A stretch of DNA of 39,471 nt from Gemmatimonadota bacterium (GCA_037383305.1 JARRPA010000002.1:1-39471), one strand, 5' to 3'. Shown: positions 18,310 to 27,602, counted from the stretch's first letter. Numbers and translations are program-made. Notes: a model not told the origin generated them from the sequence alone.

Positions 18310-18840
18310 ATGGAGAAGGCAACGCTCGGCGGAGGGTGCTTCTGGTGCACCGAGGCCGTTTTCGGACGAGTGGAAGGCGTGGAGTCGGCGGTACCGGGGT
18401 ATGCGGGGGGCGAGGTGGCGAGCCCCACGTACGAGCAGGTATGCAGCGGAAATACGGGTCACGCCGAGGTCGTGCAACTCACCTTCGATCCACAGGTCAT
18501 TTCCTACCCGGAAATTCTGGAGATCTTCTTCGCGACACACGATCCGACGACTCGCGACCGTCAGGGGAACGACGTCGGGCCGCAATATCGGTCTGTCGTC
18601 TTCGCGCACGATGATGAACAGGAACGGGCGGCTGCGGAGGTCATGGCCCGGCTCGATGCCGAGAACGCGTTCGAGGCTCCGATCGTAACAGAACTCGATC
18701 GGCTCGAGACCTTCTGGCCGGCCGAGGACTACCACCGCGACTATTTCGCCCGCAACGGACGACAGCCGTACTGCATGTTCGTTATCGCGCCCAAAGTGGC
18801 GAAGATGCGGAAAGCGTTCGCGCATCGACTGAAAGACTGA
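18310..18840 (+). CDS. msrA: Peptide-methionine (S)-S-oxide reductase
   Basis: The catalytic motif GGGCFWC is present. Also [30 protein letters not shown] and YHRDYF. A GGAGG-like ribosome-binding site precedes the ATG. Confidence 0.95.
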   Translation: MEKATLGGGCFWCTEAVFGRVEGVESAVPGYAGGEVASPTYEQVCSGNTGHAEVVQLTFDPQVISYPEILEIFFATHDPTTRDRQGNDVGPQYRSVVFAHDDEQERAAAEVMARLDAENAFEAPIVTELDRLETFWPAEDYHRDYFARNGRQPYCMFVIAPKVAKMRKAFAHRLKD

Positions 18841-18860
18841 ACGCGAGAGGGAAGCCCCCG

Positions 18861-19994
18861 ATGCAGTTCCGCCCGTTCGAGATGGAACGCTGGCAGTCTC
18901 TCTGGGAGAACCGGGTTCGGTACAACCTGTCGGAGAGCGGCGTCACTCCCTTCACGCTGCAGGAACTGACGGAGCTGACCGGTGCAGATCCGTCGGCCAC
19001 GGGTCTGGGCTACGGGCATACCGAAGGATCGCCCCTTCTTCGGGAGCGTATTGCCGCCCTGTATCCGGGAGCGACACCCGAAGAAATTCTGGTGACCAGC
19101 GGGAGCGCGGAGGCCAACTTCATCGCCTGTTGGACACTTGTCGAACCGGGAGACCGGGTGGTCGTGGTCACACCGACCTACGGCCAGACGCCCGGTCTGG
19201 TCCGGAGTCTGGGTGCGGAGTTCATCGAGCTTCCGCTCGAAGAGGATCTTGGCTGGCAGCCGGCACCGGGTGCCGCCGCCGCGATGATCGGCCCGGGTAC
19301 TCGACTCGTAGTGATCACGAATCCGAACAATCCGACCGGGGCAGTGCTGTCGCCTTCATCGCTGGCCGAAATCGTGGACGCAGCGGAGAGAGCGGGCGCC
19401 TGGATTCTGGCCGACGAAGTCTACGCAGGTGCGGAGCTGGCCGGACCGGTGACGCGTACCGTCTGGGGTGGCGCGCGACGTGTCGTCGCCACCGCGTCGC
19501 TTTCGAAGGCCTACGGTCTTCCCGGCCTGCGGATCGGGTGGCTGGTCGCGGACCGGAGTTTTCGGGACGAAATGTGGGCCAGGAAGGACTACACGACGAT
19601 CGCGCCCTCGGTACTGAGCGATCACCTGGCCGCCGCCGCCCTCGAGAGCGAGGCTCGCGCCAGAATTCTCGCGCGCACGCGCCGAATTCTCTCGCGACAT
19701 TTCGCGATTCTCGACGCCTGGGTCACGGGCCTGGCGGGAGTACTTCGGTATCGGCCGCCGGATGCCGGGGCGATCGCATGGATCGGCTACGATCTTCCGG
19801 TGGGGTCGGACGATCTGGCCGAACGGCTGAGGGCCGAGCGTGACACGCTCCTGGTTCCAGGCAGTCAGTTCGGTCTCGGCGGCTATTTCCGTGTGGGGTT
19901 CGGATATTCGGAAGACCATCTCCGAGGAGGCCTGGAGGCGCTCACCGGCTTACTCATCGAGTTGAGCGAAACTCGAGTCGCTACCTCCTCGTAG
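18861..19994 (+). CDS. Pyridoxal-phosphate-dependent aminotransferase, class I/II fold
   Basis: Fold-type I pattern: GSAEANF, NPNNPTG, and the Schiff-base lysine context SLSKAYGLPGLRIGW. Substrate is not inferable. Confidence 0.85.
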   Translation: MQFRPFEMERWQSLWENRVRYNLSESGVTPFTLQELTELTGADPSATGLGYGHTEGSPLLRERIAALYPGATPEEILVTSGSAEANFIACWTLVEPGDRVVVVTPTYGQTPGLVRSLGAEFIELPLEEDLGWQPAPGAAAAMIGPGTRLVVITNPNNPTGAVLSPSSLAEIVDAAERAGAWILADEVYAGAELAGPVTRTVWGGARRVVATASLSKAYGLPGLRIGWLVADRSFRDEMWARKDYTTIAPSVLSDHLAAAALESEARARILARTRRILSRHFAILDAWVTGLAGVLRYRPPDAGAIAWIGYDLPVGSDDLAERLRAERDTLLVPGSQFGLGGYFRVGFGYSEDHLRGGLEALTGLLIELSETRVATSS

Positions 19995-20048
19995 GATCAC
20001 GGGAGGCCGGCCGCTGGTGGCTCGCCCCGCGTAAACAGGAGGTAGGAG

Positions 20049-20255
20049 ATGCGTAATCCCGGAACTGCAGCCGTTCTGAGTCTGCTCGTTCCCGGCGTCG
20101 GACAGATATACAACGGGACGTTCTGGCGAGGTCTCTTCTGGCTGATCGTCACGCCCGGATTCTGGATCGGAACCGGTGGTTTCTTCGGCTGGGTGGCACA
20201 CGTGGTCGCGGCGATCACTGCCCACAACTACGCGAAGGAACACCCGCACCGCTGA
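20049..20255 (+). CDS. Small integral membrane protein (two predicted transmembrane segments)
   Basis: A strong AGGAGG at 20037-20042 sits 6 nt before the ATG. The sequence SLLVPGVGQIYNG...GLFWLIVTPGFWIG...WVAHVVAAI is hydrophobic, and a hairpin follows the gene. Confidence 0.6.
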   Translation: MRNPGTAAVLSLLVPGVGQIYNGTFWRGLFWLIVTPGFWIGTGGFFGWVAHVVAAITAHNYAKEHPHR

Positions 20256-20306
20256 TATTCTCCCCCGCCGGATCTCGCGGATTTCGCGAGCCGGCATTCG
20301 GGCCGG

Positions 20307-20334
20307 GCGGGGCTCCGCTGTGGGGCCCCGCTTT
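20307..20334 (+). terminator. Candidate intrinsic terminator after the small membrane protein gene
   Basis: Stem GCGGGGC (20307-20313) pairs with GCCCCGC (20325-20331), with an 11 nt loop, followed by only TTT. The T-tract is weak. Confidence 0.35.
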
Positions 20335-20425
20335 CGCGTCTTCGGTACGTCCGCCTTCGGCTCTCCGAAGCACGGGAACGGTTCGCTCTTTGGAACGAAG
20401 CCGGATCTCGACTATCTTGCCGCCC

Positions 20426-21427
20426 ATGTTGCGACTGCATCCCTACGAATACCACCGTCCCCGACGGCTGGAGGAAGCCCTCGATCTGCTCGCCGAGCAT
20501 GGAGACGATGCCATGCCGATAGCGGGCGGAACGGACCTGGTGCCCAACATGAAGCACGGACTGTTCACGCCGGGGCATCTGGTCTCCCTCGGCCGGGTCG
20601 AGGAACTCCGCGGATTCGACCGCGCCGATGACGGTGCGATCCGTATCGGCGCCGCCGAGAGCCTCGATTCCGTGAGCCGCGATCCGCGCATTCGAGAGGA
20701 CTGGCCCATTCTGGCCGACGCGTGCTCCCGGATCTCGGGACCCCAGCTCCGGCGAATGGGGACGCTGGGTGGCAACGTCTGCCTCGACACCCGTTGCACC
20801 TACTACAACCAGACCCGCTTCTGGCGCGAGTCGCTCGGTTTCTGCCTGAAGAAGGACGGCGACGTGTGCCACGTCGTGCCCGGCGGAACCCGTTGCGTAG
20901 CGGCACACTCGGCCGACGGCGCGACCGCCCTGTGCGCGATCGGAGCCGAACTCGAGATCGCGAGCCCCGGAGGAGAGCGGCGCACGGTACCGATCGATGC
21001 TTTCTTCACCTCCGACGGGGTGTGGAACCGTCGGATGGAGAGAGGTGAGATCCTCGTTGCCCTGCACCTGCCGCCGGGCACACCCGGAACACGAGCGGCA
21101 TTCCGGAAGCTGCGGATTCGCGATGCGATCGATTTTCCGCTCGCGAACGTCGCGGCCGTCGTACACTTCGACCCGGCGGGTGCGGCGGAATCTCTTCGAC
21201 TGTACGTATCCGGGATGGGCTCCTATCCGCGCAAGGTCGGGAAGGTCGATGAGATCGTCGCGGCAGGGCCGCTCGATGACGGCCGGATCGAGGCAGTGGC
21301 CGAGCAGGCGTTCCGGCAGTGTCACCCGCTGGCGAACATCACGGCGGACGCCGAGTGGCGGCGAGCCATGATCCCGGTGATGGTCTCCCGTGTCCTGCGA
21401 GGTCTGATCGAGCCGAACCCGGACTGA
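20426..21427 (+). CDS. FAD-binding medium subunit of a molybdenum hydroxylase (CoxM/XdhB/HcrB type) with a Cys-rich insertion
   Basis: ATG at 20426 (MLRLHPYEYHRP). Contains the FAD motifs AGGTDLVP and TLGGN. After GGNV there is an inserted segment of about 40 aa: C-LDTR-C...C-LKKDGDV-C-HVVPGGTR-C. Confidence 0.85.
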   Translation: MLRLHPYEYHRPRRLEEALDLLAEHGDDAMPIAGGTDLVPNMKHGLFTPGHLVSLGRVEELRGFDRADDGAIRIGAAESLDSVSRDPRIREDWPILADACSRISGPQLRRMGTLGGNVCLDTRCTYYNQTRFWRESLGFCLKKDGDVCHVVPGGTRCVAAHSADGATALCAIGAELEIASPGGERRTVPIDAFFTSDGVWNRRMERGEILVALHLPPGTPGTRAAFRKLRIRDAIDFPLANVAAVVHFDPAGAAESLRLYVSGMGSYPRKVGKVDEIVAAGPLDDGRIEAVAEQAFRQCHPLANITADAEWRRAMIPVMVSRVLRGLIEPNPD

Positions 21428-21470
21428 TCGTTTACGCGGGCGATTCGCCGCGCCGGCTTCTACAGACGAA

Positions 21471-21508
21471 GAAGGGGGCGCGAAGCGTGGCGGCCCCGCA
21501 CCCCCTTC
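21471..21508. terminator. Weak hairpin between convergent genes
   Basis: GAAGGGGG (21471-21478) pairs with CCCCCTTC (21501-21508), enclosing a 22 nt loop. On the minus strand it is followed by TTCGTCTGT. The loop is large, so support is low. Confidence 0.2.
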
Positions 21509-21566
21509 CCCCGCCTACGGCGCGATGCCCGAAGCCTCATGGGCTCCGAGCGTCCGCCAGGTCCAC

Positions 21567-22574
21567 TCACACCGAAGCCACGTCCGATCCAAACGGTTCG
21601 AACACCGCTTCGACGAAATCGAACACGTCGTCGAAGAGACTGAAGATCTGCGTCAGCGCGGCCACCTCGTCGTTCGTCAGCGGACTTCCGCCCCCGTCGG
21701 TGAACACCGGAGCGGAGGCTGTGCCGCTGATCAGCACGACCGGGTCGCCATTGTGAAGCACGGTTCCCGACAGGCTGTCGTCCTGCTCGATCATGGCGTC
21801 GAACACCGTGACATTGCCGCCATCCCTGATCGTCATCGTCACGTCCAGAGCGATTTCGGAGGCGTTCAGGTCGATCTCGGTTCCGGCATCAACTACGACC
21901 CTGATCCCCTCATCGTCCATCCAGAGGTCGTAACTGAGATCCACCTGCATCGACTCGGAGGCGTTGTCGAGCGTGACCGTCTGTTCCAGATCGAAGTCCA
22001 GTCGGCGCGTCCCGTCACTTATGAAGCCCATACCCGTAGCGGTCGCCTGGATATTCTCACCCAGGAGGGCATAGCTGGCGGTGACGAGATAGTCGAGCCG
22101 CGTGACACCGTCGGTCTCAGCCCGGACCCCGAGACGCGTGGCGGCCGCATCGCCCTCGTCCGTGAGATCCAGAAGTCCCACTTCGTTCAGGGGAATGGCC
22201 GGCTGTTCGGTGAACGGATCTACGGCATAGAGAATGAACCGGATGCCGTTCGTCGGGGCGCCGGCCCGATCGGTCATCGCATAACGACCGAGCCCCTCAT
22301 CCCATTCGAAGGTCCTGCCGAGGAAATTGCTCGGAAAGATCGGCTCCATGGAGAAGGAAGGATCGATCAACCGCTGCGCGTTGAACGGCTGCACCGGGCG
22401 GGTGACGGAAGAGGGAATCAGTTGAGGCAGCGCGCCGCCCTCGGCCTCTATGGCGGGGCTGACCAGGGACAGCGACATCATCACGTCGCTGTCGCCATCC
22501 AGCCGAGTTTCCATCTCCGACACGGCCTGGGCCGTCGCGGTGGGATAACGGCGTGACCGGGCCCGTCGGACCAT
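21567..22574 (-). CDS. Hypothetical secreted protein or lipoprotein (body of the gene; the signal peptide appears to lie in another frame up to 22653)
   Basis: Acidic, Thr/Asp-rich 335 aa ORF that looks coding. ORF 22297..22653 supplies MRYRITAGPLILTTILAGAALAGCGDDGPTGP (lipobox LAGC) and then degenerates into Arg/Gly-rich sequence near 22540. Confidence 0.65.
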   Translation of the reverse strand: MVRRARSRRYPTATAQAVSEMETRLDGDSDVMMSLSLVSPAIEAEGGALPQLIPSSVTRPVQPFNAQRLIDPSFSMEPIFPSNFLGRTFEWDEGLGRYAMTDRAGAPTNGIRFILYAVDPFTEQPAIPLNEVGLLDLTDEGDAAATRLGVRAETDGVTRLDYLVTASYALLGENIQATATGMGFISDGTRRLDFDLEQTVTLDNASESMQVDLSYDLWMDDEGIRVVVDAGTEIDLNASEIALDVTMTIRDGGNVTVFDAMIEQDDSLSGTVLHNGDPVVLISGTASAPVFTDGGGSPLTNDEVAALTQIFSLFDDVFDFVEAVFEPFGSDVASV

Positions 22575-22969
22575 CGTCGCCGCACCCGGCGAGCGCTGCG
22601 CCCGCGAGGATCGTCGTCAGAATGAGAGGTCCAGCGGTGATTCGATAGCGCATCAGATTCCCCCTGAATTACCGGATTCACGGCCGCCTGGCTGCGCGGC
22701 TCGAGCCTGCGTACGCAGCAAGACACATGCCCTCGGCGGCAGACTCCGTAACTGCAACCATGGAAGCATGATGCACAATGCGGGTGACCCGGCGACGCCG
22801 GGATTCTTCTGATGAATCTGCACGGTGTCGTCATGAATTGCGGGAGCCACTTCAACTTGACGGGAGGGTGCGGCGCCGGAAAGTTGCGCGACCCGCGTTC
22901 CGGTTCGGACAGGTCGTCGCCCGGCGACGTCCGGCGGCGGGCTCCAGGAGTCGGAACCCGAAACAACGA

Positions 22970-24274
22970 ATGAAGAAGTCAGGAGACCCGGTGTCACGGA
23001 TAGGTATACTGGTCGGGGGCGGCCCCGCGCCCGGCATCAACAGCGCGATCAGCTCGGCGGCTCTCAAGGTGATCGATGAGGGACACGAAGCGATCGGGAT
23101 CTACGATGGATTCTCGCATCTGATCGAAGGACGCACCGACATGGTCCGTCCGCTCACCGCGGAGGAGGTGTCGCGGATTCACGCGACCGGCGGATCGATC
23201 CTTCGCACCTCCCGAGCGAATCCCACCCGATCCCGCGAGACGCTGGATCGGGCCGTCGGTTCGCTCGACGCGCTGGGCATCGCACGCCTGGTGACGATCG
23301 GCGGCGACGACACCGCCTTCGGTGCGCGCGAGATCGCAGCAGCCGCGGAGGGCAGAATCCGGGTCGCTCACGTTCCCAAGACGATCGACAACGACCTCCC
23401 GTTGCCCGGTGACATGCCGACCTTCGGTTTCGAGACGGCTCGGGACCTCGGCTCGCGGATCGCCCAGAACCTGATGGAGGATTCGCGGGCTACGAGTCGC
23501 TGGTTCTTCGTGACGGTCATGGGCCGGAAGGCCGGCCACCTGGCGCTGGGGATCGGAAAGTCGGCCGGGGCCACGGTGACGGTGATTCCCGAAGAGTTCA
23601 CCACGGAGCCGATCACTGTGGATCACGTCTGCACGATTCTCGAGGGCGCGATTCTCAAGCGGCGAGTCATGGGCCGGCCCGACGGTCTGATCGTCCTGGC
23701 CGAGGGGCTCGGAGAGAAGATGGACCCGGAGGAGCTGGCCGGGATGCCCGGCGTGGAAGTCGAGTACGACTCGTACGGTCACCTTCGGCTGGCCGAGATT
23801 CCGCTCGAGACGATCCTCCGCCGGGAGGTGCAGCGGCGGTTCGCGTCGAGAGGAACGAGCGTGCCGATCACGGATCTGCGAGTGGGCTACGAGTTGCGCT
23901 GCGCACCTCCCGTGCCCTTCGACGTCGATTACACCCGGACCCTGGGGTATGGCGCCGCGCGCTTTCTCCTGGCCGATGAGGTCAGCGGGCCACTGCGGCT
24001 CGGTGGCATCGTGACACTCTCGCATTCCGGGCATCTCAGCGTCCGTCCGTTCGAGGAGTTTCGCGATCCCGAGACCGGCCGTACCGCAGTGCGACTCGTG
24101 GAGATCGACTCGGAAGACTACCGGGTCGCCCGACAGTACATGCTTCGACTGGAAACGCGGGATCTGGAAGATCCTGCAATGCTCGAGGAACTCGCGCGCG
24201 AGGCGAAGATGAAGCCCGAGGAATTCGCCGAGCGGTTCTCATGTGCCGTGAACGGCTATTCGACCGAGTCCTGA
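22970..24274 (+). CDS. pfp: Pyrophosphate-dependent 6-phosphofructokinase (PPi-PFK type by active-site residues)
   Basis: ATG at 22970 (MKKSGDPVSRIGILVGGGPAPGINS). It has GGDD (23300-23311) where ATP-dependent PFKs have GGDG. It has PKTIDND (Lys codon at 23378) where they have GTIDND. MGR is also present. Confidence 0.8.
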   Translation: MKKSGDPVSRIGILVGGGPAPGINSAISSAALKVIDEGHEAIGIYDGFSHLIEGRTDMVRPLTAEEVSRIHATGGSILRTSRANPTRSRETLDRAVGSLDALGIARLVTIGGDDTAFGAREIAAAAEGRIRVAHVPKTIDNDLPLPGDMPTFGFETARDLGSRIAQNLMEDSRATSRWFFVTVMGRKAGHLALGIGKSAGATVTVIPEEFTTEPITVDHVCTILEGAILKRRVMGRPDGLIVLAEGLGEKMDPEELAGMPGVEVEYDSYGHLRLAEIPLETILRREVQRRFASRGTSVPITDLRVGYELRCAPPVPFDVDYTRTLGYGAARFLLADEVSGPLRLGGIVTLSHSGHLSVRPFEEFRDPETGRTAVRLVEIDSEDYRVARQYMLRLETRDLEDPAMLEELAREAKMKPEEFAERFSCAVNGYSTES

Positions 24275-24276
24275 TC

Positions 24277-24951
24277 GTGTCCCCGCGAGCCGAAGGGGAG
24301 AGATTTCGCACGGTCGTCTTCGATCTGGATGGCACGCTGATCGACAGCGAGGACCTGATCCTCGCCTCGTTCCGGCACACGATGCGGACCCACTTCGGAG
24401 AGGCTCCGCCGGACGAATCCTGGCGCCGGACGATCGGCCGACCCCTCGCGGTCCAGGTTCGGGACTTCGCCCGAACCGACGAGGAGGCCGAAGCGATGAT
24501 CCGGACCTATACGGATCATAATCTCTCGCAGCACGACCGTCTCGTGCGCGCGTTCGATGGCATTCGGGAAGCGCTCGAGGAGCTTCTCCGGCGCGGGCGG
24601 ACGCTGGCGATCGCCACGAGCAAGAGGCGGACAGCCACGCGAATGGGACTCGCCGCCTGCGGCCTTCCGGAACACTGGTTCGCTTCGATCGTCACCGCGG
24701 ACGATGTGACGCGCCACAAGCCCGATGCCGAGCCGGTTCTGCGGGCCCTTTCGCAGTCGGGCGAGGAACGGACCGAGAGCGCCGTCTTCGTCGGAGACAG
24801 TGTTCACGACATGCGTTCGGGCCGCGCGGCGGGAGTCGCTACGGCCGCCGTCCTCTGGGGTCCGAACGACCGCGCGGTGCTCTCCCCGGAGTCGCCCGAT
24901 CTATGGATCGAACGGCCCGAGGAGATCCCGGAGCTCATCGCCGCGAGCTGA
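24277..24951 (+). CDS. HAD-superfamily hydrolase, subfamily IA (phosphoglycolate phosphatase / PpaX-like)
   Basis: Motif I is VVFDLDGTLIDS, followed by ATSK and GDSVHDMRSG. GTG 24277 lies 3 nt after the PFK stop. The alternative ATG at 24241 would overlap pfp by 34 nt. Confidence 0.8.
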   Translation: MSPRAEGERFRTVVFDLDGTLIDSEDLILASFRHTMRTHFGEAPPDESWRRTIGRPLAVQVRDFARTDEEAEAMIRTYTDHNLSQHDRLVRAFDGIREALEELLRRGRTLAIATSKRRTATRMGLAACGLPEHWFASIVTADDVTRHKPDAEPVLRALSQSGEERTESAVFVGDSVHDMRSGRAAGVATAAVLWGPNDRAVLSPESPDLWIERPEEIPELIAAS

Positions 24952-24974
24952 GGACGCGGCGCCGCACCGAAGGC

Positions 24975-27602
24975 TCACGCACCCGGAGAATCGCCCTCGC
25001 CCGCGCCCGTTCCGCCGGCTGCCGCTTCACTCGAGCTCGCCTCGGGCGGGAGCAGCGCGACCTCCATCGCGTCGTCCAGGGTCTCGGCGAGGTGGAATTC
25101 CAGCGCTTCGCGAGTCTCCTGCGGGAGGTCGTCCAGGTCTCCCTCGTTGTCTTTCGGCAGAATGATGTGCTGAATCCCGGCCCTCTGGGCCCCAAGCACC
25201 TTCTCCTTCACGCCGCCGATCGCGAGCACCCGCCCCGAGAGAGTGAGCTCGCCCGTCATCGCGACATCCGCCCGGACCGGACGCTCGCTGAGTGCCGAGA
25301 TCATCGCGATCGACATCGCGATGCCCGCGGACGGCCCCTCCTTCGGCACCGCACCGGCCGGCACGTGAATGTGGATCTCGTGGTCCTTGAGCTTCTCCTC
25401 CGGGATTCCGAGCGCTTCCGCGCGAGTGCGTGCATACGTCAGGCCCGCCCGGGCGCTCTCCTTCATCACGTCGCCCAGCTGTCCCGTCAGCACCAGTCCG
25501 TCGCGTCCGGGCATGACGCTGCACTCGACCAGCATGATGTCGCCTCCGAACGGCGTGTAATACATGCCCGTGGCGACACCGACGGTGTCCTCCTCCAGCT
25601 TCTTCGCGGGGTGAACCTTCGGCTGTCCGATGAGATCGCGCAGATCGTCCGCTCCCACATTCACCGTCTCGGCCTGGCCCGAGGCGATGCGCCTCGCGCT
25701 CTTTCGAGCGATCGAGCCCAGTTCCCGCTCCAGATTCCGAACTCCCGCCTCCCGCGTGTAGCTCGAGATGATCTCCCGGATGGCTTCGTCCTCCACCTCC
25801 AGCTGATCGTCGCGGAGACCGTTCAGTTCTTCCTGGCGTGGCAACAGGTAACGCTTGGCGATCTCAAGCTTCTCGTTCTCGGTGTAGCCGGCGAATTCGA
25901 TCGCCTCCATCCGATCCTTCAGCGGGCCCGGGATCTGATGCGGGAAGTTCGCGGTCGCGATGAACATCACATCCGAAAGATCGAAGGGGATCCCGAGGTA
26001 ATGGTCTACGAATGCTTCGTTCTGCGCCGGGTCGAGCACCTCCATCAGCGCCGCCGAGGGATCGCCCTGAAATGAGACTCCCAGCTTGTCGACTTCGTCG
26101 AGCAGAAATACGGGGTTCTTGCTGCCCGCGCGCTTCAGCCCCTCGATGATCCTGCCGGGAAGCGCTCCCACGTAGGTCCTGCGGTGGCCTCGTATATCCG
26201 CCTCGTCACGAGCGCCCCCGAGCGACACCCGAACGTACTTCCGACCCATCGCATCGGCGATCGACTTCGCGATGGACGTCTTTCCGACTCCGGGCGGTCC
26301 GACGAACAGGATCGTCGATCCGGTCCGGTCGTCCGGCTGGCCCTTCAGTGCGGGATCGATCGCTTCGCCGTCGGACCCGCCCTCTTCCGCGGATTCTGAC
26401 TCGCCTTCGCCGGAAGCGATCTCACGCTCCGCCGCCCGATCGCTCTGCAGCTTGCGCACTGCCAGAAAATCGAGAACCCGATCTTTCACGTCCTGGAGCC
26501 CGTAGTGGTCCCGCTCCAGTATCTCTTCCGCGAGATCGAGGTCGAAGCGGTCTTCGGTGGTCTCGTTCCACGGGAGGTCGGCCACCGTCTCGAGAAACGT
26601 CCTGATGACCTGCGACTCGGCCGCCTCCCGTGGAATCCTCTCGAGTCGGCGCAACTCGCGATCCACCTCCGCCCGGGCTTCCTCCGACAGTTCGAGGGCG
26701 TCCAGTCGCTCCGTGAGCTCCTCGATATCTTCGGAGTCGCCGTCGTCGCCCAATTCCGACTGGATCGCCTTCATCTGCTCCCGGAGGAAGATCTCGCGCT
26801 GCCGCTCACCCAGCTCTTCCTGCACCTTGCTGCGGATCTGTGCCTGCGCCTCGAGCAGACCGATCTGCCGTTGAAGGTGGAGCAGCAGTTTCCTGAGTCG
26901 CTCTTCTACCGAGAGCGTCTCCAGCAATTCCTGCTTTTCCTCCGTCTCCAGCTCCGTATAGAAAGCGATCAGGTCGGCCATCTCGCCGGGACTCGTCACG
27001 CTGCCGAGAAGATGATCCACGATCTCCTTCGGAACGCCGCGAAGACGGCTGAGCTGGGCTGCCCGCTCCTGAACTTCCTTGTAGAGCGCGGCGAACGCCG
27101 CGTTGTCGGGATCGATGGGCTGGAGCGGGTCGAGTCTGCGGACTACCGCTTCCAGATACCCTTCCTTCTCGTGGACCTCGAGCATCGATCCACGACCGAC
27201 GCCCTGGACTACCAGCTGAATGCCGCCGGGCACCTTCTGGACCTGTGCGATTCGGACGATCGTTCCCACCCGGTGCAGTGCCTCCGGCGTCGGCTCTTCG
27301 GTCGCAGCGTCCTTCTGCGCGACCGCGAACAGGAGTCGATCCCCTTCCATGGCACTGTCGATGGCGGCCACCGTCTTGTCCCGTCCGGCGGCGATCGGCG
27401 CCGCGACCGACGGAAACACGACGGTGCCCCGCAGCGGAAGCACCGGGAGTCGAAGCCGGCCCGGAAGATCTTCTCCGTCGCCGCTCTTCGAACGCTCGTC
27501 GTCTTCCGCCTCCCAGAGGATCTCCACGTCCTCGGATTCCACGAGGACCGGCTCGCCTTGCTGGAGGTACAGGACGGGCGGAGTATTGTATCGGTCGATC
27601 AT
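24975..27602 (-). CDS. lon: ATP-dependent Lon protease (LonA)
   Basis: ATG at 27602 (MIDRYN...). Contains the LON N-domain (LPVLPLRGTVVFP), the AAA+ Walker A GPPGVGKTS, DEVDK, and the S16 protease domain with PKEGPSAGIAM. About 50 acidic residues precede the LON domain. Confidence 0.95.
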   Translation of the reverse strand: MIDRYNTPPVLYLQQGEPVLVESEDVEILWEAEDDERSKSGDGEDLPGRLRLPVLPLRGTVVFPSVAAPIAAGRDKTVAAIDSAMEGDRLLFAVAQKDAATEEPTPEALHRVGTIVRIAQVQKVPGGIQLVVQGVGRGSMLEVHEKEGYLEAVVRRLDPLQPIDPDNAAFAALYKEVQERAAQLSRLRGVPKEIVDHLLGSVTSPGEMADLIAFYTELETEEKQELLETLSVEERLRKLLLHLQRQIGLLEAQAQIRSKVQEELGERQREIFLREQMKAIQSELGDDGDSEDIEELTERLDALELSEEARAEVDRELRRLERIPREAAESQVIRTFLETVADLPWNETTEDRFDLDLAEEILERDHYGLQDVKDRVLDFLAVRKLQSDRAAEREIASGEGESESAEEGGSDGEAIDPALKGQPDDRTGSTILFVGPPGVGKTSIAKSIADAMGRKYVRVSLGGARDEADIRGHRRTYVGALPGRIIEGLKRAGSKNPVFLLDEVDKLGVSFQGDPSAALMEVLDPAQNEAFVDHYLGIPFDLSDVMFIATANFPHQIPGPLKDRMEAIEFAGYTENEKLEIAKRYLLPRQEELNGLRDDQLEVEDEAIREIISSYTREAGVRNLERELGSIARKSARRIASGQAETVNVGADDLRDLIGQPKVHPAKKLEEDTVGVATGMYYTPFGGDIMLVECSVMPGRDGLVLTGQLGDVMKESARAGLTYARTRAEALGIPEEKLKDHEIHIHVPAGAVPKEGPSAGIAMSIAMISALSERPVRADVAMTGELTLSGRVLAIGGVKEKVLGAQRAGIQHIILPKDNEGDLDDLPQETREALEFHLAETLDDAMEVALLPPEASSSEAAAGGTGAGEGDSPGA

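Noticed and set aside
17303-18688. 461 aa ORF on the plus strand
   Set aside because: It is antisense to rph and out of frame with msrA. Both of those genes have unambiguous motifs.
22654-22969. Possible small RNA, tRNA or riboswitch in the 316 bp divergent region upstream of the phosphofructokinase gene
   Set aside because: I found no cloverleaf-compatible arms, no conserved riboswitch core I recognise, and only weak imperfect inverted repeats. It is most simply a double promoter region.
24956-24965. Palindrome GCGGCGCCGC between the convergent HAD and lon genes as a bidirectional terminator
   Set aside because: It is only 10 nt with no loop and no flanking T or A tracts. This is expected by chance in GC-rich sequence.
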